64,000 nucleotides of DNA from Nageia nagi. Taxonomy: Eukaryota; Plantae; Pinophyta. Position 1 is the stretch's first letter. The number at the start of each line of letters is the position of its first letter. Under the pieces are notes generated by a model. The model had not been told where the DNA came from and ran no database searches. It worked only from the letters and a program-made list of their open reading frames with translations. Both the position numbers and the translations under genes were made by a program. The DNA is taken from the NCBI GenBank assembly GCA_050084985.1, contig JBITNC010000001.1, positions 29,264,001 through 29,328,000 of the forward strand, written 5' to 3'. Positions 51,120 through 63,545 of this stretch are shown here, one piece after another.

Positions 51120-51520
51120 ATTCACCCCATACCCTAGTCTCTCGTAACATTTGAGGCTGAAGAATCTCTGCTGAGAAAGTCCGTGATTTGTCTTTGTCCA
51201 TCACTTACCTGAAGCCCTGAAAACCTGTGGGTGTGCTGTTTAGTGATCAAGAGTGTAGAGGTTGAGAGCCACCTAGAGGAGAGCTCCTCTGTTGGCAAAA
51301 GTGAGTCGACTCCTTAATGTATAATGCAAGACATTGCTGGTCTGGTTATTTGGAAAGGCTGAATAGATAAAATACATTGTCCCTAAAAGGCAGTGAATTC
51401 TACCTCGGATCTCGTAGTAGATGGGACATTGAAAACTAAAATGTTGAAAGGTTTCTACTTCTCCCAAGGAGCAAAATAGACAGATCCCTTTGGTAGATGG
51501 TGATCCGACTCAACACGAAG
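51120..51520 (-). mobile_element. 3' end of an RTE-like non-LTR element
   Basis: Minus strand reads CSLGEVETFQHFSFQCPIYYEIRGRIHCL, the C-terminal CCHC-type motif of such RTs. Confidence 0.6.
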
Positions 51521-52581
51521 CTAGTGCTGTCCAATCAGGGTCTGTAAGCTATACGATGCATAAGTTGTTGAAGGGACTATCCAAGTTGTTGAAGCCTGTA
51601 AGCTATGCATCATAAGGGAGAATTTCTCAACAAGTTAAATCAGTAGGCATCTACAGATAAGGACAACTATGATGATAGCCATGATACACTCCAGATCCCT
51701 TCCCATGATTTTGATCTATACTTCAGTGATATTGCACTTGATGACCTATATAACCAATTCTCCCACTTGTTCAATGATGAAACCAAAACAGAATATTCTA
51801 GCTCCCTTGATTCATCCAAAATTGAAATGTGTGATCATTGCAATAAAACTTGCAATGCTCCTAACAATTGTCTTGTGTGAAAAGTTTAAGCATAGGTTTT
51901 TCTTTATGAGGACATGCTTACAAGACATGCGATATCACAACCATCACATAGGGGAAGGAATTTTGTTCACTTCTTCGAACACTGGTGCAATTCCTATGGT
52001 ATACAAACCATCTACCATAAATTGTAAGTATCATGACTATGGCACCACACAAGGTATTTTTTCTGAATTTTGTCTTATCTTTCACATTTTCAACTTGTAT
52101 AGCTTCCAATTCCATTTTCATAATCAATATAGCTGCATATTTGCATTTATCAAACCTAGCTTAATTGCATTCTAGCCTCTTGTCCAATGTATATCTTGTT
52201 TGACATTGAATAGTTCTTTGTTTATCCCAATAATTGGTTGATATCTCATTTATGTTCGTGCATCTTTTTCCTTTTACGCCTTTGATTCCAGATTATGCTT
52301 TTGTGATTTGCATTGATGTGCTTATTCATTTTGATAAAACAAAATTTATTATACAATTAATACCAAGAACAAGAACTCCTTCAAGTTAAACCAAGAAAAT
52401 TTATTCTTGTTCTTGTTCTTAGTATTAATTATACAAAATCGATGCTCATAAGGGAATTCTTTTTTAAAGTTCTTGGTATTTCACCAAGGATGAACAAGAA
52501 CTCCTTCAAGTAATACCAAGACCTTTAACAAAGAATTTCCATATAAGTATGAATTTTGTAGAAAATGATTCTAATATTCAA

Positions 52582-53335
52582 ACTTTATTCTTTGATGTTT
52601 CCAAATGTGCCCATAGGATAGGGGCAGGAATAGTACTCATTTCTCCAGATAAACAGGGCATTCCCCATAGCATACAAGTTGTCAAACCATGGACAGTAAG
52701 GATGGTAAGGAATGTCTGAAACCAAGGAACATGCATCTAGAAGGGTATTATGCTTGACTCTTAGTTATTCAGTTGAACTGCATTCTTTGCATCTTCATAC
52801 TATCTTTAGATTGCATTGTTGCATTTTCATGTTTCCTTGCATCCCAAGAAGCCATTTTCTTAGAATGTCCATGCTTTAGGAGCAAATGCTGCAAAATGTC
52901 GTTTTGGACCCCACCGTTGGTCAACTGTATGTGTAAAACTTGCATTTTCATTTCAATCATTTTCTGAAACAACAGCTGAAAATTATCACTTCTGTTTTCT
53001 GAAATATCATTTGTAAATTATTTCCTACATTTATCATTTCTGAAATTATATTCACTGCATTTATTATTTCAAAGTATCATTTCTGAGTTACAATTTTTGA
53101 CTTATCATTTCTGAAAATCATTTTTTGAATTAGCAATTTCTAAAATGTCATTTTCTGATATATCATGCTCTAAAATATCTTTTTCTTAGTTTTCATTCTC
53201 AGAATTATCATTTGCTGAGTCATCAAATTTTGAACTATTCATGGACTCTCATTACAAACTTATCAAGTTTTATCCATGTTTCATGTTCTATCTTGTTGCA
53301 TAATTTATTGCTACTAATAAAGGGGGATGGCACCT
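52582..53335 (+). mobile_element. Internally deleted Tat-clade Ty3/gypsy relic: extra RNase H start joined to the integrase end, then repetitive 3' region
   Basis: TLFFDVSKCAHRIGAGIVLISPDKQGIP (LYFDGS..GAGIVLISP type) is followed by DGKECLKPRNMHLEGYYA*. TCATTTCTGAA repeats run 52950-53230, with purine tract AATAAAGGGGGA at ~53316. Confidence 0.65.
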
Positions 53336-53419
53336 GATCACTATCAAGATTCATCATGCCACATGACAGCCATCCAAAACATGAAACCATGCTCTCCTAA
53401 TTATCTTTGGCACCATTGG

Positions 53420-53643
53420 CCTAGAATGTGCTAGTCTCAAGCCTCGGCAAGCCTTATGGTTTAATCAAGTTGTTCTGGAATGTTTGTGCTACTGTTCTAG
53501 CATCATCCAAAGTGGAATCACATTCAGAATCATCTTCAGAATTATCACTCCAGGATCATCTCCAGAAATATCTCAAAATTATTTGTAAAATCATCCAAAT
53601 CTGTCATCTAGCTACAGCTAGGTGTTCGCCCTTTATTGTCACA
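53420..53643 (-). repeat. Diverged inverted copy of the 60979/63108 repeat family (LTR-like start)
   Basis: The reverse complement TGTGACAATAAAGGGCGAACACCTAG..GATGATGCTAGAAC..AGAACAAC aligns with TGTGATCTTAGAGGGTGAACCCTAG..GATGATGCTACAAC..AGAACAAC at 60979. Confidence 0.65.
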
Positions 53644-54855
53644 CTGTCTGCTAGCAAGCCTCTAATCCTCCACTTGCTAAATAAGTTTCCTTTATATCTC
53701 CTTTTGTGAATTTGCATAGTCTTCATTGCTAGATCTTATACGACATATTCCTATAAATCCAGTTTTCTTTCATAGACATAAAATAAAAGTATATGTTTTA
53801 ATACATTGTTCATTATTGTGTGTGTACAAGACACTTGTCTTAGCCCTATATACAATCCCATGCTGGATTATGCTTCCCTACTTATCTCATCCATTTGGTG
53901 CTGGGTGAAATTGGGTTGAGCATCTGGTAGCATCAAGCTCCAATATGGTAACTTTCTGTGTGGATCTGAATGAGCTTCTCTTGTGTGTAAATTTGTATAT
54001 TTATGATGACAAACATTTTGCTTCTAATACCTGATTTTGCACTTGTGGATGGCTAATATATTTTGTATCAGTGGGAGTTTTAGAGTGGGTGACAGCGAGT
54101 TTTGGACGGAGAAACTAATTGGAGTGGTTTACTTGTATCTGATCTTTCTCTTGTGGATGGCTTATATAATTCCTATCACATTGGGAGTTTTAGGGTGGGC
54201 TAACAGTGAGTTTTGGGTAGATAAACTATCTCAGTCAATACTGAAACAATGAATGACTAAAGGCAACCTTTTGCTTAAGCCAACTAAGTGTGAATAAGCA
54301 GTTTCATGGAAATTAAGGTGGGCCGTGGCTAGTCCTATGATGCCTCCTTGCATGGTTACCTCGGTGATAGGATAGCATATGTTTCAGGGTTTCCATTTTG
54401 TGTTTTCTGGCTTGTGTATTTGTGATAATGGGCCATGAGGATATTTATTTTTTTATCCCAATGGGTGAGGTGTTTTTACATTTTTAGCTCTGCTGTTAAC
54501 TGGATGCATTTACTTTGAAGGGTGGGTAAACCTCAGCACAACCCCTGTTAATTGATTAAAAAAACCTTCATAATGGCCTATTGTAATAAATCAGATAGCA
54601 TGTCTTGGAAGAATATTTGGACATGATAGAAGTATACTGCTGTATATGTACTGTACATTGGCTTTTATTTTTTTAGCTTTTTATGCAAATTCTAAAGTTT
54701 ATCAAGCAGTTTTGCAATATGCTTTTAGGATGGAATGATAATATTTGTTTAACAATTTTATTGTAGGTAAGAACAAGCTGCCATTCTGTATTCCTGTTAT
54801 TATGTATGCTAACTCTATTTCCTATTTGATAAATTTGTTGTTTACATATTTTCAG

Positions 54856-54951
54856 CCTGTGAAATTTATTGACCTCGTCCCTGATTTGGCCCCAAGTGAG
54901 AAGGATTGCAAAAATTACGCACCACCATTTAATTCTACTGAATCCAGATAG
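54856..54951 (+). CDS. PIGA: PIG-A exon 8 (terminal)
   Basis: TTTCAG| PVKFIDLVPDLAPSEKDCKNYAPPFNSTESR*. Summed CDS is 1347 nt = 448 aa + stop, the expected size for plant PIG-A. Confidence 0.85.
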   Translation, partial: PVKFIDLVPDLAPSEKDCKNYAPPFNSTESR

Positions 54952-57900
54952 AAAAAGCTGTTGTCTTTGATACAAATTATCATTTATCACAAATACGGGG
55001 TTCAAACTTCAATTGTTATGTACGTGAGATAAAACTTCTGAGATGTTGTCATGTGATTCAACATAATCATATGAGGAAGCAGAAGATTTGAATCCATGTA
55101 GCAATAAACAAGAAAACTTCCATCTGTGCTGAGGTTCTTCATTGTGTAATGTTAAGGAATAAGTTAACTCCATGACATGCTTCAAGATTAGGAAATTTTT
55201 AATGATTTTTTAGGTAAGGGAAGCAAACATCCTGTACTCACCGGCATGAAAATATCTTTTTTGTTGTTACCGGGCCAACAGCCTTATATGGTTTATTGTT
55301 TGCAGAAATTCCTGCCAATGAATTATCGTGAAATCCATCAATGTTATCTAGTCAACAGACTATGAAACAAATTTTAATATGCCTCTATTTGTCCCACTTG
55401 TGTGGCACCATAACTTTGTGAGTTGTAGCGTACCAAGAGTTAACAAGTTACGATTTGAATTCAGAATTAAAACAAAGATACATTGAAGTTGGAATCTTTT
55501 GTACCATGCTAAAAATTTGGCATTTCAATATGGCAGCTCTTAAAAGAATCACAGTATCAGGTAGATTAGGAAAAGACAAATTTCCAGGTTGTTTCAGGTA
55601 TTCATTTTACAACTTCGCAAATTATTTTTGAAGATTTATGGACTCAATTAAACAAAACTGGGTTTGTTTCGTTCAGCCTAGTTATTACATAACAGTGTTA
55701 GGCTTAATTATTCAAATATTTGCAATCATAAATTATAGTATACATATTGTAAATCTAGACTGTCAAGCAAAGTTTAGAAAATTTATTTTTGAGTAAGTAC
55801 ATGTATAAACAATCATCTAAATTACTTTCCATGTGGCATGGAGGGCTTCAAAGGTTTTACTTAGTTGATTGGACATTCATGCAATTTCTTTTATGTGGAA
55901 ATATCTTTTAGCTATAAAATTGTTTGTTTGAGTTTCCCCTAAATAAGAAATTAATTAAATGTATCGGTAAAAGCCTTCAATATATAGTCTGATATCCATT
56001 GGCAGGCTCTAAGGGGCCATATTTAGAAGAGTTTTTGATGGAATAATTCAAGATCTAAGCAAAAAGATTGTATGGCAGTACGACAAGACTACATAACTTT
56101 TACTAATTATGGACAGTTTCAACCTTTAATGGAAATTCCATTATATTATATTTTGTTTATTGTTCATCTTTTGATTTTTGTTTCTGATAAAGGGGCTTCA
56201 AATTATAATGTTTTAATTGTAATTTTGATGTGAAATTTTAAATGAAGACGAATGCAAAGATATACAATTTTTAAACACATGTTCAATTTGATCTTTAACA
56301 ACTTCAAAAGATCTTATTTAATATTTTCTTTAAAACTTAAATAGAAATTCATTATTGTATGATTAGAATGTGATTCCTATTAGTTGATAGGAATCCATGC
56401 CAACTTTGAGGTGGGGTTGAATTCAAAGATATATCTTTAAAGCAATTATGCAACCAAGAAAACAAAAATCACAATCAAGGTTGCATTAAAAGTGTACAAA
56501 AGATGTGTGCTATTATGAATAATTTGATAGAGTAAGAGCTCTAGTAGTAACATTTTTATCGTTAGTTTCAAAGTTGATAAATGTTATACTTTAGTTACTT
56601 TTAAATTGGCAAAATTGTAAGTGACAGAGTTACTATGTAAATTGGTAAAATCTATACTAAGATTGGTAAATGTGTTTCTTTTTCCTTCAAAATTTTGTGA
56701 CTTAAGTCAAACTTTGAAATATAGAATGTAATGATATAGACCAAGTTAATGGACTTCTCTTTAAAAGGCTTTAATATTTTATCTGTTTAACTAATGAAAT
56801 TGCACCCAAATTAACTGCACAGATGGCATATAGCAGAATTTCTGAAGTATACGATTCAAGCACAGAAGTTGCATTCCTTCTGTTAGTAATGCAAAAAGTG
56901 ATTTTTCTTTACCATGTACAGAAATCAAGAACTAATTAACAAGGAAGATAATAAGGATGGATCTCATATATAATTTTCCTTAAATCTCCTTTTGCCAAAT
57001 AAATTCGCAAAATCTTCTGGATTTAAGATTACTGAGTTCCCCTTTTTAATCCAAATTACATCAGTGGAAGAAGTTCAGCTATTATAGTATTAGAATGTAG
57101 GTGCAAATGCAAGCTTACCAATTGAATTTTTGGATCACATGCTGTTCAAGCAGTAGCTATGAAAATATCCTTTTTACGACCCAATTTAATGAACAGATTG
57201 TTTAGTATGCAATCTACCTTAAATTTTCAAAATTGTTGCTAAAAACAAATTGTTCTATCACAAGCTTGGATTAATCAATTTTTGCAGGCAATGTTACATG
57301 ATACTACTGTCTTCCTGCAGTCTTGCAAATATGGGAGGTACTATATAGGATAATATTCTGCTAAATGCTTGTGCTTAGAAAATATAAGACTTAGCATTAG
57401 GATGGGATTGTGAAATATTTGTGTTATTGCTCCTTTTAAATAACTACATAGATAAGAAGCTAATCACAACTCCCCTAGCACCTGATGTTCCAATATCTAA
57501 AACAACACTCTCAGAAGAATATGCAGAGAAATCAACCTTACTGGAAATCATAAATCTTTATCATTATATTTGTAGTATTACTGCCTTTCTTTTTCTTTTT
57601 TATTTGATCAATGAATGCTAACCATACATACATACATACATATATATATATATATATTTTTTTTTTTTTGCCAGGCAATAAGTTTATTCTAACTTGTTGC
57701 TGAAATTTTGACATCCATATAATGCACATTAAAAAGATAAAGAAAAGATTATCGACAGATATTACATGGATGCTTTACATTGTAACCAATACAGGATTTC
57801 CTCCGAACAATGTTAACTCCAGGATCACAGCTATTAGAAATTTTATTTATGAATTTCTTGATATCATATTCATTTAATCAAATGTTAACAGCACCAATAA

Positions 57901-58408
57901 TCATGCTTAATTCTATATCTCAAAGAAATATTAATAATGGGGTTTAGGGTAATGTAGTGGAAGTAGAAAATAATGTATCACAAAGTAATGGATTTGTCTT
58001 TGCATATTTATATATTAGATCATGACCACTAAACAAGGTCTAAAGTGATGTCTGTAGAGTCTACAATCTCTGTCCACAATCTAGATATTTAAGAAAATAA
58101 ACTGCTCTTAGCAATCGTATTGTATCACTGCAAGACCCGACCCCTAGGGGTCCATAGTCTTTAGCATTGACTCAATTTTGAGTGAAGGTTTCCATCAGTC
58201 TGAACTTGAAGTGAGGAGCTGGTCCCACTTCACTGAGTGTGATATGCTACAACTATTCGACTGCTATTGCTAAGAAGGAAAACAAATATGAAGTCCCATT
58301 ACATAAAAATAATATGATGCCTAGTTTCTCTCATTTATTCATTAGACTACACATTGTGTTAAACCAAAGTTTACATGAGCTTTTGAACAATATGATGCCT
58401 AGTTTCTC

Positions 58409-58963
58409 TCATCTTAGTTCTTCTTCATTTTCATTTTCTGTGTCAACATCCATCCTCTCACTGTGGTCTTCATCTTCTGTGTCTTCTTGTGCATCTTCTG
58501 TCAGTTCATTATCTTCTTGAGAGTCTTCATTTGTAAACAAGAAATTTGCTCCCATGCATGCTGTGGCATTGGTTCTCATATTTAGTTCAACAGCAGAAAA
58601 CTTTGGATATTTGCTTGATACAGCTGATGGCTTTGGGATATTGTTAAGTTTCCCTTGCCTAAAATCATGTGCGACACCATTTTTTCTTGGACCTTCACCT
58701 TGTTCGCTTCCCTTATCTGTCCTATAATCCCCAACACTGTCTTGTACTTGATTTTCATTTTCTTTGAAGGGGGTGACTCCGTGTTTTTTTTTGAGATGCA
58801 GATACAAATTGTACTCATGCTTGTAGACCTTCTTGCAACCTCTGTGAGGACACAAAAAGGGCCTATATAGAGTTGCAGCTTGAGAAGTTGGTGTAACGGT
58901 TCCTGAGTTTGCATTCTTCCTTTCAACCGGAGAGGCATTTGAATTTAAATCACGACAAAAATG
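58409..58963 (-). CDS. YY1: YY1-like C2H2 zinc-finger protein, terminal exon (last finger plus acidic tail)
   Basis: ATGCAG| HFCRDL..RPFLCPHRGCKKVYKHEYNLYLHLKKKH...EDSQEDNELTEDAQEDTEDED..EEELR*, matching the plant YY1 isolated fifth finger (RPYACPYEGC.K.Y.HEYKL.LHL..EH) and acidic C-terminus. Confidence 0.85.
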   Translation of the reverse strand, partial: HFCRDLNSNASPVERKNANSGTVTPTSQAATLYRPFLCPHRGCKKVYKHEYNLYLHLKKKHGVTPFKENENQVQDSVGDYRTDKGSEQGEGPRKNGVAHDFRQGKLNNIPKPSAVSSKYPKFSAVELNMRTNATACMGANFLFTNEDSQEDNELTEDAQEDTEDEDHSERMDVDTENENEEELR

Positions 58964-59754
58964 CTGCATTTGACTTTGAAAGTGCAATTTCAGTACCAAC
59001 TCTTGATAAAGTACATTATACCCTCGTGCCAACAATGTTTTCAGCATTTAAATTTTTTATATCCATCACAGTCATACAAATTTTGTGCTCAGACACAAGA
59101 AATAACTCAATTGCTCAAGAATTATTTCTAATTACATTAAAGATAAAAAGAAGGGAGTGGCTGACGCCACACACACTCACACAGTATATAAATAGCCATG
59201 AGTATGATATTGTTGATTTGTCTAAAATTATATTTTAAAAACTTTGAAGTCCATTTGTGACTTGATCTAAAAAGAATCACAGCTTTCAATGGGGTTGCAA
59301 TCATAGCATGCACAACTTTATAACTGATAAATTATAAATCTAGTTAAGGAGTAAATGCAAATAACTATTAACTCCATGTACTATAATTCTATGATATCTT
59401 ACATTTCGTATTGTAATATGTTCTGAGCTGTTTCTGTTCTATTTGACAGCTTGTACCGGCAAAGAATAATAGTTCCTAAAATTTTGATTTTGACAAAATA
59501 AGCTTCCAAAGGAATGAGATTTTGAAAAAATAAGCTTGTTGTGGAATTATTACATTCTTGCCTAGGGCAAGAGATTTTGATAAAAAATAGAATTTGACTT
59601 AAAAATGATTCATCAAGTACACTGGTTGAAAGAGATGAACATTTTGCATATGTGTTTAGTGAAGATACAATGAACCATACCATTACAATCTAAATGATTT
59701 CCTGAACAAAAAAGAACAAGAACAGACATTCTACAACAGTCTGAGACTACTTGC

Positions 59755-59898
59755 CTTTTCATGTTGAGACCTGATGTGTGTCCTTAACGTGGACTCATGC
59801 GCATAACGTTTATTACACTCTTTAAATGGGCAAGTGTGATAGTTCTCCTTTGAATGTATTTTCAAATGCTGGTTCAAATAGTAATCTGAAGCAAATGA
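59755..59898 (-). CDS. YY1: YY1-like protein, penultimate exon (end of finger 3 and finger 4); upstream exons not found in the window
   Basis: TGTAG| SFASDYYLNQHLKIHSKENYHTCPFKECNKRYAHESTLRTHIRSQHEK |GCAAGT, collinear with plant YY1 AFSLDFNLRSHMKTHSQENYHICPY..C.KRYAHEYKL..H....HEK. Not in the supplied ORF track. Confidence 0.9.
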
Positions 59899-60978
59899 CT
59901 ACATGAAATGGAAACATTTTATTAATGAGATCTCTCATTTTTCCAGCATGGTCAAAGTATACATGGGATCAAATTCCTACATTTACTGAAAACAACACAA
60001 TTTGCCTCAGAAACAAAACAAATTAACATTAAAAAATATTTTTCCATGTAGATAAAAATATGTTCTATTTTAACATGCTCAATGAGTTATGGATTCTTGG
60101 AAAATTGGGCAATTCTCATAAAATCACAAATTTCATATTAAACTAAGGGGATGTGGATGTTTGATTCCCATGTCTTTTGGCTTGCTAAAATGTCAAAAGA
60201 CATGGAGTTTAAACCAAAATTTGGCCTGTCAATTTCCTAGGCATGTAAATTTACAGCTCTAGTCACATGTCACTTTCATAGATTAAATACTCAAAAAGTA
60301 AGAATTTTGAGCTTTCCAACAATAGGCAGAAAACATGAAATGGTCTTACAAATAAAACATTATGGCCTTTGGAAGTTTGCCCATCAAAATTGCCAAAATT
60401 GGGCAAGGTCATGTGCCTAGGTGCCTTTATAACTCCTTCAAAGCACTTCAAAGTCATTAAAAGGTGTTCGAACGTTGCATATCATTATTGCTTTTTCATT
60501 AACCACAAGAATACCTTAACAAAATGTCAGAAGTTCACTAAAAAGCTGATACAATGATACACATATGAAGGGATAAATCAATATCTCCTCAAACAAATTA
60601 CAAGTTTTAGAAAACAACATAACATACCAACAGAAAAGGTGAACGAATACAAAGAAGAAAGTAAGAAAGAAATTTTATTTATGTGCATAACCAAGCAAAG
60701 TGACTTGAAAAATGTGCTCAAGCTAGAAAAAGGTCTAGAGCTAATGATACAACCTAATAAAGATAAAGTAGCTAGAGCATGATATGATGTAATTGTTGAC
60801 ACTAAATAAAGACCATTCTATTGAAATATGCACATTTATTTTGTCTACGAAATGAAAATAGATTAATAGCCAATATGTAATATAGGATCTAGCAAATAGG
60901 ATTATGTGAATTTGATAAGAAGAGATACAAAAAGCTTATTTGGATGATAAAGAATTGAAAATTTGCTAGTGAATAGCG

Positions 60979-61441
60979 TGTGATCTTAGAGGGTGAACCC
61001 TAGGTGCAACAATAAGACATATTTGGAAATAATTTTGAAGATGAAAATCCTAAAGATAATTTTGAGATGATGATTCTAGAGATGATTTGGCTTGGGATGA
61101 TGCTACAACCAAACATCTTAGAACAACCCAGGTCAACTGCAAGGGTTATCAAAGCAAAGGACCAAAGTGTCTACATTTTTAGGTTTGTGGTGCTAGAGCA
61201 TTAGGTGTTATGAGCTTGGGTGCCAAAACATTGGGTGTTCTAGATTTGGATGCTAGAATGTGGGGCATTTTAGGCCAAAGTGTCAAAATTTTGGTTGTAC
61301 TGGCTTGGACACTTTCCAATCCACAGTTTGCTCCCTCGGTCTCATGGATGATCTTGATTGATATTTTGCTTTTCCTTGGATGATCTTTGATAATGATAAT
61401 TTTTGAAGATTGATCGTGATATTTTATATTGAATGATATCT
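60979..61441 (+). repeat. ~440-bp interspersed repeat (LTR-like fragment), copy 1, in the YY1-like intron
   Basis: 61006-61441 is ~90% identical by eye to 63108-63545 and contains degenerate 30-bp internal units. Confidence 0.85.
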
Positions 61442-63107
61442 AAAATGAGCACTTGGGAGTCCTCTATAAAGGATTCACAAATTGGATTTTGAGTTCAACT
61501 AGGTGGACCTACAAAGAATGTGCTTAGCAAATAACGTTAATTTATAGAAAATTACTTTATCTTGATTTGTCCAAAGTGGATCCAAATTGGCATTTTGCAT
61601 AAATCTAATAAACTACTTAAACAAAACCATTTTAAATAGCTAAAATGCAAATTTAAGTGTGTATAGTTATATACATCCAAGATTCCAAACAACATGCAGC
61701 AGCAAAGGTTTTTGACTAGTGAAGTCCAATAAATTGATGCTATTAAGTGCTGGTAAATAGGAAAAGCATGATCATCATCAAGTACTCCAAAAGAATGATG
61801 TATCATCAGGTGATGCTAATGGGAGAGTTCCTGTGGCTGATTACTCCTAGTTGGGTATTCCTAAACACTGCAACATCTGAAAACTCTTGTAACATGGATG
61901 GTGAACCTGTTAATAAGAGGAACCTCATGACATTTTTGCCCAGTCCTAGCTCGTAAAACAAATCAGACAAATAGTTACAAGCCAATAAATTTGAAGACTT
62001 TTTGAGTACAGACATGATGAAAACAAACCAGAAGCTGAAAAGGTTTTCACTTCCCAGGTAAAATCTATTAAATAAGAGGAGAATATGATAGTCTTTGAAG
62101 CTGATTGAATCAGGCTCCGAATCTCCAGTCACAAATGAGGAAACTTGAAATTCTGTCCGTGTAGAAAAGCATTGCCGCTTGATAAATCAATTATGCAGCA
62201 ATAAGGAAAGCTATGTAATTATATCAGAAAATCAAATCCCTCTATCAAGAAGTATGCAATTGAAATTCTGGGAATATTTCGAACCACGTAATGAAGAAAA
62301 ATACTCAACAGAAACATTTTGAACTATCAAAAAATAAGAAACACAATGCAACCCTACATGCAATAGAAGGGTAAAAAATATTCAGAAGGCATGACTACCA
62401 AACCTGAGGAGAATATGAGAGACATCTGAAGCTACCACTATTGACAAAACTATAGGGAACTGAAGTCAGTATGACTAACATATTTGAGAAGAACAGTAAG
62501 GGATGAAATTGTTTATAGAAGATGGGCTAAAAATGCTAATAAATAAAAGAAATAATAAATATACAAAACATTTAATGTGGCAAAGATGAGGCTAAAGAAT
62601 AGGGTAGTGGCCAAATTGGAACATAGAAAATCAAAGGCATGTCAACACTCTTGCATTTAAAAGAAGTTGATAGTGAAACAGTATATAATATTACATCCTT
62701 GTTATTATTGGAATGGTTGAAAGTTGAAAAACTGGAGAGATAATGCCCAGACCAAAGTTCAAAACCCAACATGGAAATAATGTTATGTGGCAGTGAGACA
62801 GCAACAATGCCAAGGGTGGGGGACCTGCATACAACCCCTAATGCCCAACAAAAAAAAGCTAATAGTCAGTCAGCAAAGTGTCTTATCAATAGCCTTTCAA
62901 TTATGATCATAAGAAACAATTTGTGGAAGGAAAGTTGGATTCTTAAGACAATGGATGTCAAGAAAATGAAAGCAGATGAAATCAATGGATGAATCGTCAC
63001 ACAAGACATTATTGACAGTGAATTACCAAGTCCTAATTAGAAAAGTATGATAATGCCTAGACTCAGAAAATGTCACTATGCATTGACATTGATGTCACTA
63101 TGCTCTA

Positions 63108-63545
63108 GCAACAATATGACATATTTGGAAATAAAATTGAAGATGGTAATCCTAAAGATAATTTTGAGATGATGATTCTGAAGATGATTTTGCTTGGGAT
63201 GATGCTACAACCAAATATCTTAGAACAACCCAGGTCAACCGCAAGGGTTATCAAAGCTTAGGACCAAAGTGTCTACATTTTGGGCTTGTGGTGCTAGAGC
63301 ATTAGGTGTCATGGGCTTGGGAGCCAAAACTTGGAGTGTTATAGATTTGGATGCTAGAATGTGGGGCATTTTGGGCCAAAGTGTCAAAATTTTGGTTGTA
63401 TTGGCTTGGGCACTTGTTCCGACCCACACTTTGCTCCTTCGGTCTCATGGATGATCTTGATTGATATTTTGCTTTTCCTTGGATGATCTTTGATAATGAT
63501 AATTCTTGAAGATTGATCATGATATTTTCTATTGAAAGATATCTT
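63108..63545 (+). repeat. ~440-bp interspersed repeat, copy 2
   Basis: See 60979-61441. Confidence 0.85.

Noticed and set aside
51669-52175. 168-aa ORF in PIG-A intron 7
   Set aside because: Lies among LTR-element relics, has no recognisable domain in this frame, and is not needed for the PIG-A model
58964-59047. N-terminal 28 aa of the 212-aa ORF (MLKTLLARG..) as the true start of a single-exon gene
   Set aside because: Intron read-through; homology continues in the upstream exon 59755-59898
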